A stretch of 64,000 nucleotides of DNA from Octopus bimaculoides. Its lineage: Eukaryota. Numbering within the stretch: position 1 is the first letter of the stretch; each line of letters starts with the position of its first letter. The position numbers and the translations under genes are program-made. The notes under the pieces are model-generated. The model was given only the letters and a program-made list of their open reading frames with translations, was not told the DNA's origin and made no database searches. Positions 37,600-51,460 of the stretch are shown here, piece after piece. Location: NCBI RefSeq assembly GCF_001194135.2, contig NC_068984.1, positions 60,224,607 to 60,288,606 on the forward strand, written 5' to 3'.

Positions 37600-37910
37600 C
37601 TCTCAGTCAAACTTGCTTTGAATGAAGAAAACATTGAACAGAGTAGACTAGTTAGTGCCACATTGGATAAAGCAATTTCTCTGATACTAGAGAAGCCATA
37701 ATCAAATTCATGTGACACACTGTAAAATGTTTGGTGAAAGAACTTAATCTAACCCCCACCTTCCCTGCACTAACCATTATGCCTAATCCTTCTTCACCAT
37801 AACAGCAGTTCTCTGGAATCTCCTCCTCAGTTATGTCTTTACTGCAGACATTTACCTGCAACAACTTAAATGGAACACTAAGGCATTAGTCTCACTAGTC
37901 TCGAAGGGCC
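37600..37910 (+). mobile_element. Decayed CR1/Jockey-type LINE 3' end
   Basis: Frame reading FFTITAVLWNLLLSYVFTADIYLQQLK resembles the FFPRT..LWNSLP..VFP...L..FK C-terminal motif. Confidence 0.5.
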
Positions 37911-38388
37911 TGCAAGAGCTCCAGCCCAACTAGGAGAGTAGTAACTCTAAATAAGGACTGACTAGTATATTGATGGTGCATCCAGTTTGTGTCAACATGA
38001 GTTCTTGCATTTATCTGAGCTTTAACATTACTTTGACCATTCTCTCTTTGGCTCTTGGAAAATGGTACTTGATTCACTGAGTGCATCATGTTTATTTTGG
38101 ATCAGTCTTTACTACATGTTGTATCCTGCTTAAGTAATGCATAACTTCACCATAGTAGTTAAATAGCGCTTTTGTGATTAATAAATTAACAGCTTTAATT
38201 TCAATATTACATAAAGGGAAGACAATATTCAGCTACTTGGTCAATAAAACATTAATTTTTAATGAAGTAGGTGCTGGTGGTTTATTGAAAAAACTACTTA
38301 GTTCAACATTAAATTCACTGATTCAAGAAGGCAAAAAATTCATTGACTAAAGAAGGCAAAAAAAAACCAAAAACAAAAAAGAACATAC

Positions 38389-38465
38389 CTATGGGTACTG
38401 AACCTCCCAACCATGGATGGTAAACACGAGACATTAAAATCTTTGAGGCCCTTAAGTACAGCCTT
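38389..38465 (-). CDS. Candidate internal exon, unknown gene (KAVLKGLKDFNVSCLPSMVGRFSTH or RLYLRASKILMSRVYHPWLGGSVPI)
   Basis: Acceptor cccagacttttatag, strong donor TAG|gtatgt. Two frames are open. It is a unique, higher-GC island. Confidence 0.45.
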
Positions 38466-39478
38466 CTATAAAAGTCTGGGTTTTGCATTAAAAAATACAT
38501 TTTTGTTGATGACTTAGTATTATATCTATTCCAATGTTCTTAAACTGTCTCAGAAACATCTATAAAAATAAATATACATTCATATTTCTTATTTTTTAAA
38601 ATATTTATACTTACATTTTCACAATAAATATAATTTCATTTTTTTCATATATTTAATAAAATCTTCTTTAATGCAGCCTTATTAGATTGCACTTAATTTA
38701 ATTTGGCCTTCAAATACAAAAAGGCTGCCCCACCCCCAGCTCCAGACTTTTGAACAAGTGATAAAAAAAAAATGAATAAATTAGTATGTTTTATTTGCCA
38801 TTTTTTTTTTCATAAGAAATTTCTCTGGTTATTGGCTACTTTGAGTTACAAAAGCCAATCAATGGAATATTCTCCCTCTCCCCAGAATCTTGCTTTATTG
38901 TGTAATAAGATTTGTACAGAGAAAATAAAACATATGAAATATTTTTGTTTCCAATAAATATATCATTTTCTATTGTAAATTTGAAATTTTTGTATAAAAT
39001 TTCATTCTCTTTTCTATAGTTTTATTTTCTTTTAATGCATTCTTATTTCCTTTCATTATTATTCTAGAAATTATTTTATTGTTTTTTGGCACTGTAAATT
39101 TGAAATATTTATTTGTATATCAAAACTGACTTTATGTGTCAGTAATGCAATATACCATTTATAGCTGTTGTGTAGATGTTTTGTCTTCTCGTTTCAGTTT
39201 TATCATAGTTTGAAGGAGACATTTTAAAGAGAACTTGAGTTAGTTGGTCAATTTAAATAATATACAAAAACATAGTTGTTGAAATATGTTTTGAATATCT
39301 GGCTTATATCAAATTGATCTCTTTTCTTATTGTTCTTGTTTATAGATATATTTCATGAGTGAATGTCATTGAATATTCTTTATGATGGTCATAGCACTAA
39401 ATTAAACTTGGTAGAGAACCATAGCACCAATCATGCACACACACACACGCGCACACACGCACACATGCACACACGCAC

Positions 39479-39536
<58 letters not shown>

Positions 39537-42207
39537 TTTATAAACTAATCAACAAACACCCCTTTTTTTTTATCACTACTGATACTAAAACAATAATTGT
39601 TTCATTATATTTTTATATTCTTTAAAATATTTAAGAGCTATAAAATAAGTATTCTTTGTTAGTAAAATGTTACAAAAACATGAGAGGAAAATCCCATAAA
39701 GACATGATTTTTTTAATGGCAAGAGCAAGGTCTGCTGTAGTGTTCTGAAGCATTTATATAAATTATGAACGTTCTTGAAAAATTCATGCATGCTACTCCT
39801 ATAAATACTATTCTATAACTATGAATTTTATTCCCTTTCTTCACAACTGAAGTGCTGCCAATTCACATATCTGGGGAAGTATTGCTGCTCTAAGATCTAG
39901 CATCCTTGGTTGCATCCATCTTAAAACCCTATAGCTGACTGTTTAAATCACTTAATATCAACTCCCATAAGACCACCTATACTGTAAGTGATCAGGTTCA
40001 AATTAAAATCTTGCTAAAACTCTAATCTCTGTTGAACAACATCAGAATAATATAATAATATATATAATAGTGACAGTTTTTACACTAAGCTCTTAAAGAA
40101 CTCTTGATTATTTTGAAAATTAACTGAAACAGTTAGGCATGTTACTAACTGTAACTGCTGTAACAGTCACTGTAACTGCTGATAAGGCAAAATGGCAGTC
40201 ATTAGAGTGATGATTGCCTCTTTGCATTATGAGTTCAAATTCTGCTGATGTCAGCTTTGCCTTTCATCTTTTGGAGATTGATAAAGCACCAGCCTAGTAC
40301 TGGGGTCGACACTTCTGTCTCCCCCCCTCTCTCTTTGTTTCTGTCTGTCTGCCTATCTGTTTCTTTGTCTCTTTCTTTCTTTCTTCTACTTTTTTTCTTT
40401 TTCTCAAAGAAATCAGCTGTGGCCAAATCTGAAAAGGGATGGGTTCTGACAGGTTTAAATGCTCAAGACAAAGTTGTATATCATGACAACATCATTACGA
40501 TACTGTCATGAGGTGAATGTCCAAACCTATCATAAGCTTATGATAGAATCATAGAGATGTTGTTATGCATATGACATATCTTACACTAGAATTGTAAGCA
40601 TACTGCTATGCACACAGCATGTGTTGTGATTGAATTGTAAGAATGCTCTCATATATATGGCATATTTTATAGAATAAGTGTAGCATCATGTGTACAGTAT
40701 GTGTATCAGCTAGCAACCAGTAGTAAACAATTTCAATATTTTACCCCTTCACTCATCTACTGTTCTAACAGATTTTCGCTATGTGATTGCTCATTTGTTG
40801 AAGGACATTGTTGGGGAAATGTGTGAGATTAGATCTGGCCAATTTGAACATGAAACAAGTAAAAATATTTTGGCTTGATATGGTCGGTTTAAATGTTAAA
40901 GAGTTAAGACCAGATCAGCTGCTCCACTGAATCTAACTAATTCATTTTCAACTTATTACTGTTCTAACTGTAGATGATGGAAAATTCTAGCAGGTTCTGC
41001 TTTTCTGAACTAGCATTATGTGCATCACCTCTCCCCAGACACACTTGATGTATCTGCTTCTCCTCCTTTCATCCTCTATTCATTTTTTCATTCCCTTGTA
41101 CTTCACCCAAATCTTCTTTCATAGAACTACAGCTCTGTACAGTTCATCCATATTTTTTTCCAACTCATCCAATTTAGAAAGGTATGTACTTTCCATAGCC
41201 ACTGCTGGTCTTCAATAAGAAAATACATATTAAAAAAAAAACAAGGAGAAAAAGCAAAACCTTTATAAATTTGAAATGTTGCTCATGTGTGAGAAACTAA
41301 TTTCCAATAATGGAAACATTGTGGCTTATTGATGATGGCTGAGAAGATTAAAACTGGTCTTTTGATAAGAGACTCGTGCAATTGTATCCCACCTCATGAA
41401 TAAAGCAATGGAAATATGTACCTCTTCAAAATATTAACTTGGCAGCAAAAGAATGAATAATAATATTAAAAAAAAAAAAAATACACACAAAGAAAATGAT
41501 TTAGTATTGGAGTTCTTAACTAATTGGAAAATTGACTTCTACTTTGGTCATTTATTATGACTAGATCAAATGGTGAACAGACTAGTGTGTAGACTACAGG
41601 AGAAAAGACTAGAAGAGACTAGCAATTATCCAATGATTTATAATGTCATTAAGTAATAATTTATTGTCATTAACAAGCTGGTCAAATTGGTTAATGAACC
41701 AAAATTTTCTCTTATTTTCCTGGAAAGAGTAAAAAATGAAAAAAAAGTTGATCATAAGAAAAAAAAAAGAATCTAACTTTAATGAGCTAACGAAGAAGCC
41801 ATTATTTGGTTGGTTTGGCTTGCTAGAAATAGTAAAATCTCTCTTTCTCAAGTCACAATTTACCATATTAAATACAGCAAAGATGCATCAGATAATATGG
41901 TTTTACATAATACTAAAAAACAAAAAAAAAAGAATAAATTAGCCTTAATTGGAATGTTGACATTGGTCAACTTGATCAGAGATGACCAGGGGTAAATGAT
42001 AATAACAACAATAATATACCACAATTTTATCTCTCTTATCCCTTGGTTTTCTTCTCTCTTCACACAACCTCTCCTAACTATCTGTCTTCAGGCTCACTTG
42101 TACTCTTGTAAGTCATATAGATTTTGATGAATTTCAATGGGCTATGCAAGAAACAGTGGGGCAACATTAGTTATGTATTATAATATTGAATTATGTATTA
42201 TAATATT

Positions 42208-42439
42208 TATTTCTTTATTGTCCACAGAGGGCTAAACATAGAGGGGACAAACAAGGATACACAAAGGGATTAAGTCAATTACATTGACCCCTGTACATAA
42301 CTGGTACTTATTTAATCGACCTTGGAAGGATGAAAAGCAAAGTTGACCTTAGTGGAATTTGAACTCAGAACATAATGACAGATGAAATACCGCTAGGCAT
42401 TTTGCCCGGCATGCTAACGATTCTGCTAGCTTGCTGCCT
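42208..42439 (-). mobile_element. Full-length SINE family A with TSD
   Basis: Complete head (ggcagcaagctagcagaatcgttagc) to tail. Flanked by ttatgtattataatatt repeats. Confidence 0.9.
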
Positions 42440-42454
42440 TTATGTATTATAATA

Positions 42455-43183
42455 TTGAAGCAACATTGGTGCAGTATTGATGCAACATTGCGGCAGCCCA
42501 TGATGCAATATTTAGGGCAGTATTAGTGCAATATTTGGTGCAGGGGTAATACTGATGCAATATTGGCATAAAATTGATGCAATATTGGCATAAAATTGAT
42601 GCAATATTTGTGCAACATTGATGCAATGTTTATGCCATATTAGTGCAACAGTGAGTGGAACATGGGGAAATCATTGATTCAACATTTCTACAACATTTGG
42701 AAAATATAAGTGCAACACTAGAACAATATTGGTTTGTTATTTGTGCAATGTTAATGTAACATCAATACAATATTAGTGCAATATTGAGACAATATTGGTA
42801 TGATGTTTGATGTAGTATTGTTGCAACATTGGAGAAACCTTGGTGTAATATTGGTTTAACTTGAGAATAAAATAAGGATAACTTTGGGAAATCCTTGGTG
42901 CAATATTGAAGGAACACTGGGTCAATATTATTGTTTTATTCTTTTCAGTCATTTAATTGTGGCCATGCTGGAGCACCACCTAAAAGGATTTTAGTTGCAA
43001 AAATTGGCTCCAAGAGTTCTTTGTAAGCCTAGTATTTATTGTACTGATTTCTTTTACCAAACTGCTAAATTACTAAACACACCAGCATCAGTTGTCAAGT
43101 GATGGCAGGGGGCAAACATACTCACGCATGCACATACACATGCACACATGCACGCACAAACACACACACACACACATACGCAT

Positions 43184-43229
<46 letters not shown>

Positions 43230-43620
43230 CGGGCTTGTTCCAGTTTCTGTCTAGCAGATCATTCACAAGGCTTTGGTCTGCCTGAGGCTATAGCATAAAA
43301 CACTTGCCCAAAGTCCTGCGCAGTGGGACTGAACCTGGAACCATGTGGTTGGGAAGCAAGCTTTTTACCACACAGCCACTCCAGCACTTATTAGTTGAAC
43401 ATTTATGCAACTTATATACAATATTGGTGCAGCGTAGATAAAACATTGCTACTACATTTAGAGCAACATTAAATTAATACTAAGATAACACTGAGATGAG
43501 ATTTGGTTTGATGTTTGTGCAAGATTGATGAAACATAAGTGCAATAATGGTGAAATATTTGTGGAATATTAGTGTAGCCTTCATGCAATGCTGGTGCAAC
43601 ATACGGATATATTTTCCAAA
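42455..43620. repeat. Degenerate ~11-bp-period minisatellite (TGCAATATTGG-like), split by a SINE at 42945-43385
   Basis: Dozens of gcaatattg/gcaacattg units, plus an exact 22-bp duplication tgatgcaatattggcataaaat at about 42558-42601. Confidence 0.8.
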
Positions 43621-45296
43621 GTAAAATGTTTCTTTTAGATTCTTCTGGAAAAGTGAAAAAGAAAAAAAAAAAGAAAAAATAATGTTAGTCATTGATTATT
43701 AATATTTCCCCCTCACTGCATTTTTTTATCTTATTCTAACTTTTTAACATTCCATGCAATAAATATATTTTCATTCAGTCAACTTTTATTTTTTTCATGC
43801 TAGATGGCGTCTCAGAATAAATTTTAGTTTTAAATAATTCTCATTTCTTTTTTCCACTCTAATAAATAATACATTTCAGTATACTCACTTAGCAATTTGT
43901 TTGTTAACACTTCAATAAAGTTTTGACAAAGTTATATTTTAGCTGAGAAATCCCCAAAATGTCTACTGTTGTCCCTTCTGTAACTGATGCTAAAAAGAAA
44001 TAATGATTTCTGAAAGAGACACCATATCCCTGCACATTGTAAGAGGCAGCTGGAAGGCTTAGTGTCAGGAAAGGCATCCAACTACAAAATATTGTCCCAA
44101 AAAGAATCTCATGATGATAGTCATGGGGCTTACAAGGCTAAATCCTGCTTTAGCAGGGGTGTAAATGGTCTCTAAAACCTCTTTGTTGTGGTTGTTGTGA
44201 CACAGGAACAGGGCCACAAATTTTGTGTGAAGTAGATTAAATCAGCCTCAGTGCTTGATTTGTACTTTATTTTATTGACCCCATAAGAATGAAAAAAAAA
44301 AAAAATGCAAATGTTGGTAGGATTTGAACTCAGAACATAAAACAACATACCTAAATATCATAAAGTATTTGACCCAGTGTGCTAACAATTCTGCAGATCC
44401 ACTGCTTTAGAGGGGAAAAATAATTTGTTCTAATATTGACACAAGGCCTGAGTGTTTGTGAAGAGGGGTTAGTTGATTACATCAACCACAGTGCTCAACT
44501 TGTACTTATTTTATCTACTCCAAAAAGATGAAAAGCCAAGTTGACTGCACCAGTATTTAAGACTGGGAAAATAATAATGATTTCTAACAGTGATAGGATG
44601 CCACAGATTTTTGTGAAGAGTATGAATGGTTAGGTCAAACTTAAACACTTAGCTAGTACTTTATTTCAGTGACCCAGTAAGGATGCAAGACACTGTGGAA
44701 CTTGGCAGTGGAACTTAGTAGAGTGATTAAAATTATGTATGAAACATTCACCAACTACCACACTTGTAGTTGGGGTACCATAGTACAAATAGAAGTTTAC
44801 ATTTTCCTCTAATTATGCCTTGCTGATTTAAAAAACATTCTCATTGGACAGAATCATCAGTGTTAGACTAAGCATGAAAAAGATGAAATGATTATGGCTA
44901 AAATGCCTTCAGCAATAACAAATGTAAAGTAGAGAGTGAATCATGCTTGTGTCAGCTTAATAAAATATAGAAGAAAAGCTTTGAGTGCAGGCATTTAGAA
45001 ATGCCGTACCATTCCTGTCAGTCACTGCCAGAGGGAAAAACAAACAATGATTGATTAATATCATTTTGTCTCACTGCATATTTGATTGCATTAAATACAT
45101 TTCTACTGATTGTTAGCTCTTAATAGGGTTAAAAGTCAAATAAATTCTCAGTCTTATTAAACCTATAGAGTCTAATGATTATTCACATTTGTGAGCTATA
45201 TTTTATTCTAACTGTTGAATTGTGTGATATCTTTAATGAGACATTATTTACATTATTTACATTTGACGGATATTCGTCCTCATCTTGTTTGTTGTT

Positions 45297-45342
45297 AACA
45301 CAACGTTTTGGCTGATATACCCTCCAGCCTTCGTCAGGTGTC
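45297..45342 (-). ncRNA. Mirror hammerhead copy with G12A core mutation (likely inactive)
   Basis: Identical to 45392-45437 except GAAA becomes AAAA (position 45309, a CpG site). Confidence 0.65.
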
Positions 45343-45391
45343 TTGGGGAAATTTCGAACCTGGGTTCTCATTCCTATCGAAATTTCCCCAA

Positions 45392-45437
45392 GACACCTGA
45401 CGAAGGCTGGAGGGTATATCAGCCGAAACGTTGTGTT
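45392..45437 (+). ncRNA. Minimal type-I hammerhead ribozyme motif
   Basis: GACAC-CUGACGA-A-GGCUG GAGGGUAUAU CAGCC-GAAAC-GUU-GUGUU. Stem I is 5 bp, stem II is 5 bp, stem III has no loop. Predicted cut after 45432. Confidence 0.8.
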
Positions 45438-45711
45438 AACAACAAACAAGATGAGGACGAATATCCGTCAAATGTAAATAATGTAAATAATGTAAATAAT
45501 TCCTCATCTCTTAAATATAGAACTGTATCTTTAATGAGGTTAGAATCTCTGGGAAAGGTCTGTTTTGTTGTGACTAATTTGTTTTCAACTTAATTCATAA
45601 CATTACTAAATCAATACAGTTCCTTTATGATTGTCAGCTAGAAATATCAGTCAATTTTCTTCCAAATGGCACCCCAATATCTTAAAATGTGAAAAGACAC
45701 ATTGGATAATA

Positions 45712-46238
45712 TAGGGTGTCCCAGAATTAATTATCTATTTCAATGAAATTGGGCAAATTTAAAAAAAAAACAAAAAAAAACTGACAGAATTTTGCATTTA
45801 CTTATGATTCCAAAATAAATAGATTTATAAATTTTATTGAAAATTTTCAAAATGTGCTCTGTTTGTATTGCTACAAATTTCATATCTGTCTTTAATGTTA
45901 CAAAGCACATTTTGAAGCATTTTAGGATTCATCTCCTGCACTACTAACTGAATGTGTTATTTAAGTTCATCTAAACTATTTGCTCCATCCTGGGGATGGG
46001 GGTAGAGAAAATGATTGCAACCAAATTGAAACTAAGCTGTTGTGGACAGATAAGCAAGATTCAATAGGAATGAAAACAAAATCATAAAAAGAATTCTAAA
46101 AATTATAAAATCATAAAAAAAATTTTAAATTTATACACTTTTTAACACATAGTCAACATGATAAACCTAAATAAAAGTGAGTTTTTAGAAAAATTGTTCA
46201 ATTTCACTGAAGTAGATTGTTAATTCTGGGACACTCTG
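45712..46238 (-). mobile_element. Non-autonomous Tc1/mariner element
   Basis: 19-bp TIRs tagggtgtcccagaattaa / ttaattctgggacactctg with TA on both sides. Contains decayed transposase C-terminus-like sequence. Confidence 0.8.
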
Positions 46239-46756
46239 TATAGTGTTAGATATAACAGGGTTAAATAAAAGATAGGATGAGTATAGCTGGAATACGTTGG
46301 TCATCATAGGTTTGTCCAGTGATGGTTGAGCTCAGATTAAACAACAACTTATGTTAAACTAAGTTTAAGGATAAAATTAAACTGAGACGACCATATGCCT
46401 ATTTATCATTCATTTGCTTGTTTGGTAGTAGATTGTTTCATTAAAAATTAATCCTGAGATATTCCCTAATATTCACAGCAGCAGTTACTGTGGTGAGGAT
46501 CTTCTTCCATGCTCTCTGTTGTTTCCATAAAGAGTAGGTTACAATGTATGAAGTCTTATGCCTTCAATACTGGTCAGTTTGCTTTTACCTGTGACCCTTA
46601 TTTAAGACCAGATCAGCAGCTCCACTAAACCTAATATTGTATCTAGCTGGATTTTCATTAATCACCATCATTGTCATTGTTTTTTAAAGTTCTTTTTACC
46701 ATCTGGCATAGGTTAGACAAAATTTATTGAGTGCAGAATTTTCAATGACTTGATGC

Positions 46757-46803
<47 letters not shown>

Positions 46804-46827
46804 CATGCACACACACATGCATGCATG

Positions 46828-46859
<32 letters not shown>

Positions 46860-47289
46860 CTCTCTCTCTCTCTCACTCACACACGCACACACACACACAT
46901 ACACCAACTTCATTTATGAGACATTGCTTAACACAAGGCTATGGTAGAAGACATATACCCAAAATTCCATGCTTTTACATCCATGTGCATGTCTGATTCA
47001 CTAAAGAAATGTCTTTTGCAAAGCTCTGTCAGTGTGAAAAGGATCCCTAGCCTTATTTTTGAAAAGTGTATACAGAGTGGTCAGCAGTGTGTTTGGTTTG
47101 AATGAGTGAGTGGTCAGTGATATTTCTGACTTATGGACTTATTGTTCTCATTTAGATTAGAATATTGATACTGCAGATTTTAAAATGTATGCAGAATTAT
47201 TTCAAAGTGAAAATTTCAATGAAGTCTTGTTTTCCAACTCACCAGATCTAAATTCTTATAAGTTTTGGATGTTAGGGTATCACTGAGGA

Positions 47290-47760
47290 CAAAGCCAATG
47301 CACCACCATTATGCTGAAGTCCACTGTCAGGAAGGTATTCAGCTTTACAAACATTGATGAAACAAAGCGAGCAAATCATAGAAAAGACTGGTGTCCAGTG
47401 CTTACCCCTCTTGTTAGTATTACTGTTATTACCCAGGCCTCACACAAACAAAGAAGGCCTAAACTGAGGTACAAGGACAACCTGAAAAGTAGCCTTAAAT
47501 GTTGTGGCATTGCTCCATACAAACTTGAAGCCTCTACTGCAAACAGATTAGTGTGGATGTCTCTCATTTCATGAGCAGCAGCTGCCTTCTCACTGCTTCA
47601 AGGAACAGATGTCACAGGGCAGCATCCACTTCCATCCAGACAACAGACTATTGTTGTGACACCTGTGGGTTCTTGTGTGTTTCCATCTTTGAACTGCAGA
47701 GTCACATGCATTCACATCACTGAGAACACAAACTTTGTCATCATCAGACACCAACAACTC
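47290..47760 (+). mobile_element. RTE/BovB-like LINE 3' end
   Basis: RPKLRYKDNLKSSLKCCGI...LEASTANRLVW, followed by YCCDTCGFLCVSIFELQSHMHSH* (terminal C2H2-like motif). Confidence 0.85.
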
Positions 47761-48678
47761 AGGCCTCATTACCCTGGAACAGAACTATTTCAATCCAAAC
47801 TTAAAAAAAAATAACCTTTTAATTCTGTCACTCTGTTGTAGTTGGCTGAGCTAATAGAGTATTAGAATTAAATTTCCCTTAATCCTGAGTTCAAATCCCA
47901 CTAGGAATTACCTTCCTTTTTATCAATCCATTTAGTAAAATACGTTCCTGTTATGCACTGGTTTAGATATGGTTGATTTATATGTTTACAGAAACTGCAA
48001 ACCTGTCTTTCATATTGATTTATGGTTTCATTACTGCCAAGTTCACTATTTACTTTAGGATTATTTTGAGACAGAGGTAGCTTATGTGTCTAGTGCCTTA
48101 ACCATAAAGCTATAAATTTAAGCCAGCAGCAAGAATAGAAGCAGACATAGTTTTAGTAGTCAGTAGGTTGCTTTGCAAAATGTTTCTTCATTTTAGTAGA
48201 TTACATTTGTGTCAGCAATGTTCCCAGCTTTTTATGTTCATCTAAACTAGTCATTGCTCTCTGTCAACATAGTCTTGCTGAAACTGCATCCAACTGTGAT
48301 AACCTAGGACATTTTGTTGGAGTCATTCATACTGCACTTTATTGATTTTTTCAGCCTTAAGTTTTATTTGAGGATTTTATGATAATGGATCAAACTGCAA
48401 AATTTTTTCCAAGTTTTCCAAGTGAATTATCTCAAGGAAAAACTAATTAGTTTCTCAAGAATTTGCTTGGTGTCAAGCCAGTGCTACAGCATGGCCTTAG
48501 CCATGATAGCTAAAATAATCTGAAAAAAAAAGAAAAGAAATTAAATAACAACCTCCCAAGCTGTTCTTCTTTCTCTCTCTCTCTAAACATCAAAATGTTA
48601 CATCTTTATGGTTAACTGTCATTTTTGTCTTATAATATAAAAGTCTCTTTTGCTTATATGGAGATGATAATTTTATAG

Positions 48679-48744
48679 TTGCATTTATTATGAAGCTGTT
48701 TCAGAACTTGGGATTACTGAAGGCGACATAAAATCACTATCAAG
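48679..48744 (+). CDS. Candidate exon of speculative plus-strand chain (CIYYEAVSELGITEGDIKSLS)
   Basis: Acceptor taattttatag, donor AAG|gttaac. Single open frame. Confidence 0.3.
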
Positions 48745-49114
48745 GTTAACTAGAATCTTTTGATGTTGTTGTTGTTGTTGCTCTGCCGAAAAGACCAGTT
48801 TTATTACTTTATGCTGAAAGTAACTTATGTATTATGCACATATAACATTTTATATGCTTTATTCATAAAAAATAAAAACAAAAAAAAAAGATATTTGAAC
48901 ATTTTTAAGATGGCACAAGAAAGATTGAAAGCTGGATCAGAAGATACTTTGAATATTATATTTATTTATTTTTCTTCTTTTTTACCCCGCCCCTGTTTTC
49001 TACTATATTTCTTATATTATTTAATCTATGAGAAACCGTTGACGATGAAAATAGATGCGTTTTGGGTCATTATTATCATTTTTAGTAGTTTTATTGAATT
49101 TTACTATTTTTGTC

Positions 49115-49172
<58 letters not shown>

Positions 49173-49229
49173 TACATACACAGACATATACCGACACACA
49201 GACCCCCTCCACATAAATGTGTGTATGTA

Positions 49230-49288
<59 letters not shown>

Positions 49289-50563
49289 ACATATTTTGCT
49301 GCTCTAAGTTGAATGTGTATGTGCATGTGCATATGTGTGTATGTTTGCAAGAACATTGTCGTAAATTGAGGTTTCTTTTTTTTTTACTGTAATTTGAAAG
49401 TTGTGTGAGGTGCTTCCTGCATGAATTGACATATTTACAAGTCCGCCACATATCTGTATGCACATGCATGTATGTATGTGCACACCCACATTCGCATTGC
49501 AACATACATATCATACATTTAATGTCATACTATCTTTTTATCTTTGACTTGTTTCAGTCATTACTCTGTGGTCATGCTGGGGCACCACCTTGAAGAATTT
49601 TAGTCAAATGAATCGACCCCAGTACTTCTTTTTTTTTTCTAAGCCTGCTACTTATTCTATCAGTGTCTTTTGCTGAAATGCATGTGCACGCATGCACACA
49701 GATACACACTCACACATGATGGACTTCTTTCAGTTTCCATCTACCAAATCCACTTACAAGGCTTTGATTGGATTAAGGCTGTAGTGGAAGACACTTGCCT
49801 GAGGTGCCACACATGATGAGAAGAACTAGAACCATGTGGTTTGGAAACAAACTTCTTACCACACTGCCAGGCCAAGTGAAATCGTTGTCATGGCCTATGC
49901 TGATGATATGTAAAAGGCACCTGTGCCAGTGGCACGTACAAGGCACCCACTACACACTTGGAGTGGTTGGCATTTGGAAGGGCATCCAGCCAAAGAAACC
50001 AATCCAAATCAGACTTGAGCCTCGTACAACTCTCCCGACTCACCAGTTCTATCATAGTCAAACTGTCTAACTCATGTCAGCATGGGAAATGGACATTAAA
50101 TGATGATGATGATATGTGTGTGTGTATGCATATATATATATATATATATACTCACAACAGAGCATGAGAAGGGTGGGGATATAGCTATATAGTTGTAGGC
50201 GGTTACATTATGTAGTTAGATAAACTGTCACACAAGATCTCAATATTTGCTTCCAAATATTCAGTCATGTATTCTATAATTTCTTTTGATCAATTCCTCT
50301 TGGTGTTGCTCCAAATTCATGGATGTAGATTGTAAATTCTCTTAGCTAACCTGTATAAACTGGCTTCATGATCTAAATGGAAATCGTTGTAAAACTCCAG
50401 TGGAAAATTGTCCAAATAAATTTAATTTTTCCCTTTGATAATACAGAATATGACACTCTTTAGTCACCATGATATGATTTGTTGTTTGTTTCTGTTTGTG
50501 CCTGTCTGTGCCTGTTTGTGAAATTGTTCATCTCTACCTGTAGTGTATGTAATATGCGTGCGC

Positions 50564-50608
<45 letters not shown>

Positions 50609-50727
50609 TTAGATGCAGAACAGTTGTTGTTTTGATGGTGGTGACCTGATATGAGCATAGCTGTATTGGTAGAACCAGCACATACATAGGCAGCACACAT
50701 GCACACACAGAGCAATATATATATATA

Positions 50728-50829
<102 letters not shown>

Positions 50830-51008
50830 TGTGCAGCACCTTGTGCTATTGTCTTCTACTACAGCCTTGGGCTAACCAAAGCCTTCTGAGTAAATTTGGT
50901 AGGTGGAAGTTCCGCCATGTGTATACATGTGTGTGAAAGTGCTTTTGAAGGTTACATTCACACACTCATATATGTATTAATGTGTATGTGTATTTTTGCT
51001 GGTTCTAG

Positions 51009-51047
<39 letters not shown>

Positions 51048-51295
51048 CAAACTCCATGAGGTGTGCTGTAAGGTGCAACATGTTCCAAAAGCCTTTGACT
51101 TTTTCTATCCAAAGGGTTTTTCAACTCTATATTTATTTACATGCTATTATGTTTGATTTTCTGTGCACTTCAAGACATTAAAAAAGGAATTATATATATT
51201 TCTATATATTTTTATGTATTCCTATCCATCTTGTAATTCCTTTTATAACACACTTTATATTGAATGAATGAGCTCTTGTGGCAAATAGAAAGAAA

Positions 51296-51460
51296 TTGTC
51301 ATTATCATCATTATTGTTATCATTATTGTCATCATCATCATCATCATCATCATCATTATTATTATCATCATCATCATCATCATCATTATTATTATTATTA
51401 TTATCATCATGATCATCATCATTATCATTGTCATCTTTATCATTATTGCTGTTATTAATT
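51296..51460. repeat. Mixed (ATC)n/(ATT)n trinucleotide tract
   Basis: Direct observation. Similar tracts at 10940-11020, 22965-23015, 33360-33420. Confidence 0.95.

Larger units (their letters stand above)
45241..45525 (+). mobile_element. Penelope-like fold-back insertion (inverted pLTR pair) with 13-bp TSD
   Basis: 117-bp arms 45241-45357 and 45377-45493 (1 mismatch) around a 19-nt spacer. TATCTTTAATGAG at 45228-45240 and 45526-45538. Confidence 0.9.

Noticed and set aside
43889-43989. Coding exon SVTEGTTVDILGISQLKYNFVK...
   Set aside because: Splice sites are strong, but every frame hits a stop before the gtgagt donor. It is kept only as a possible non-coding exon.
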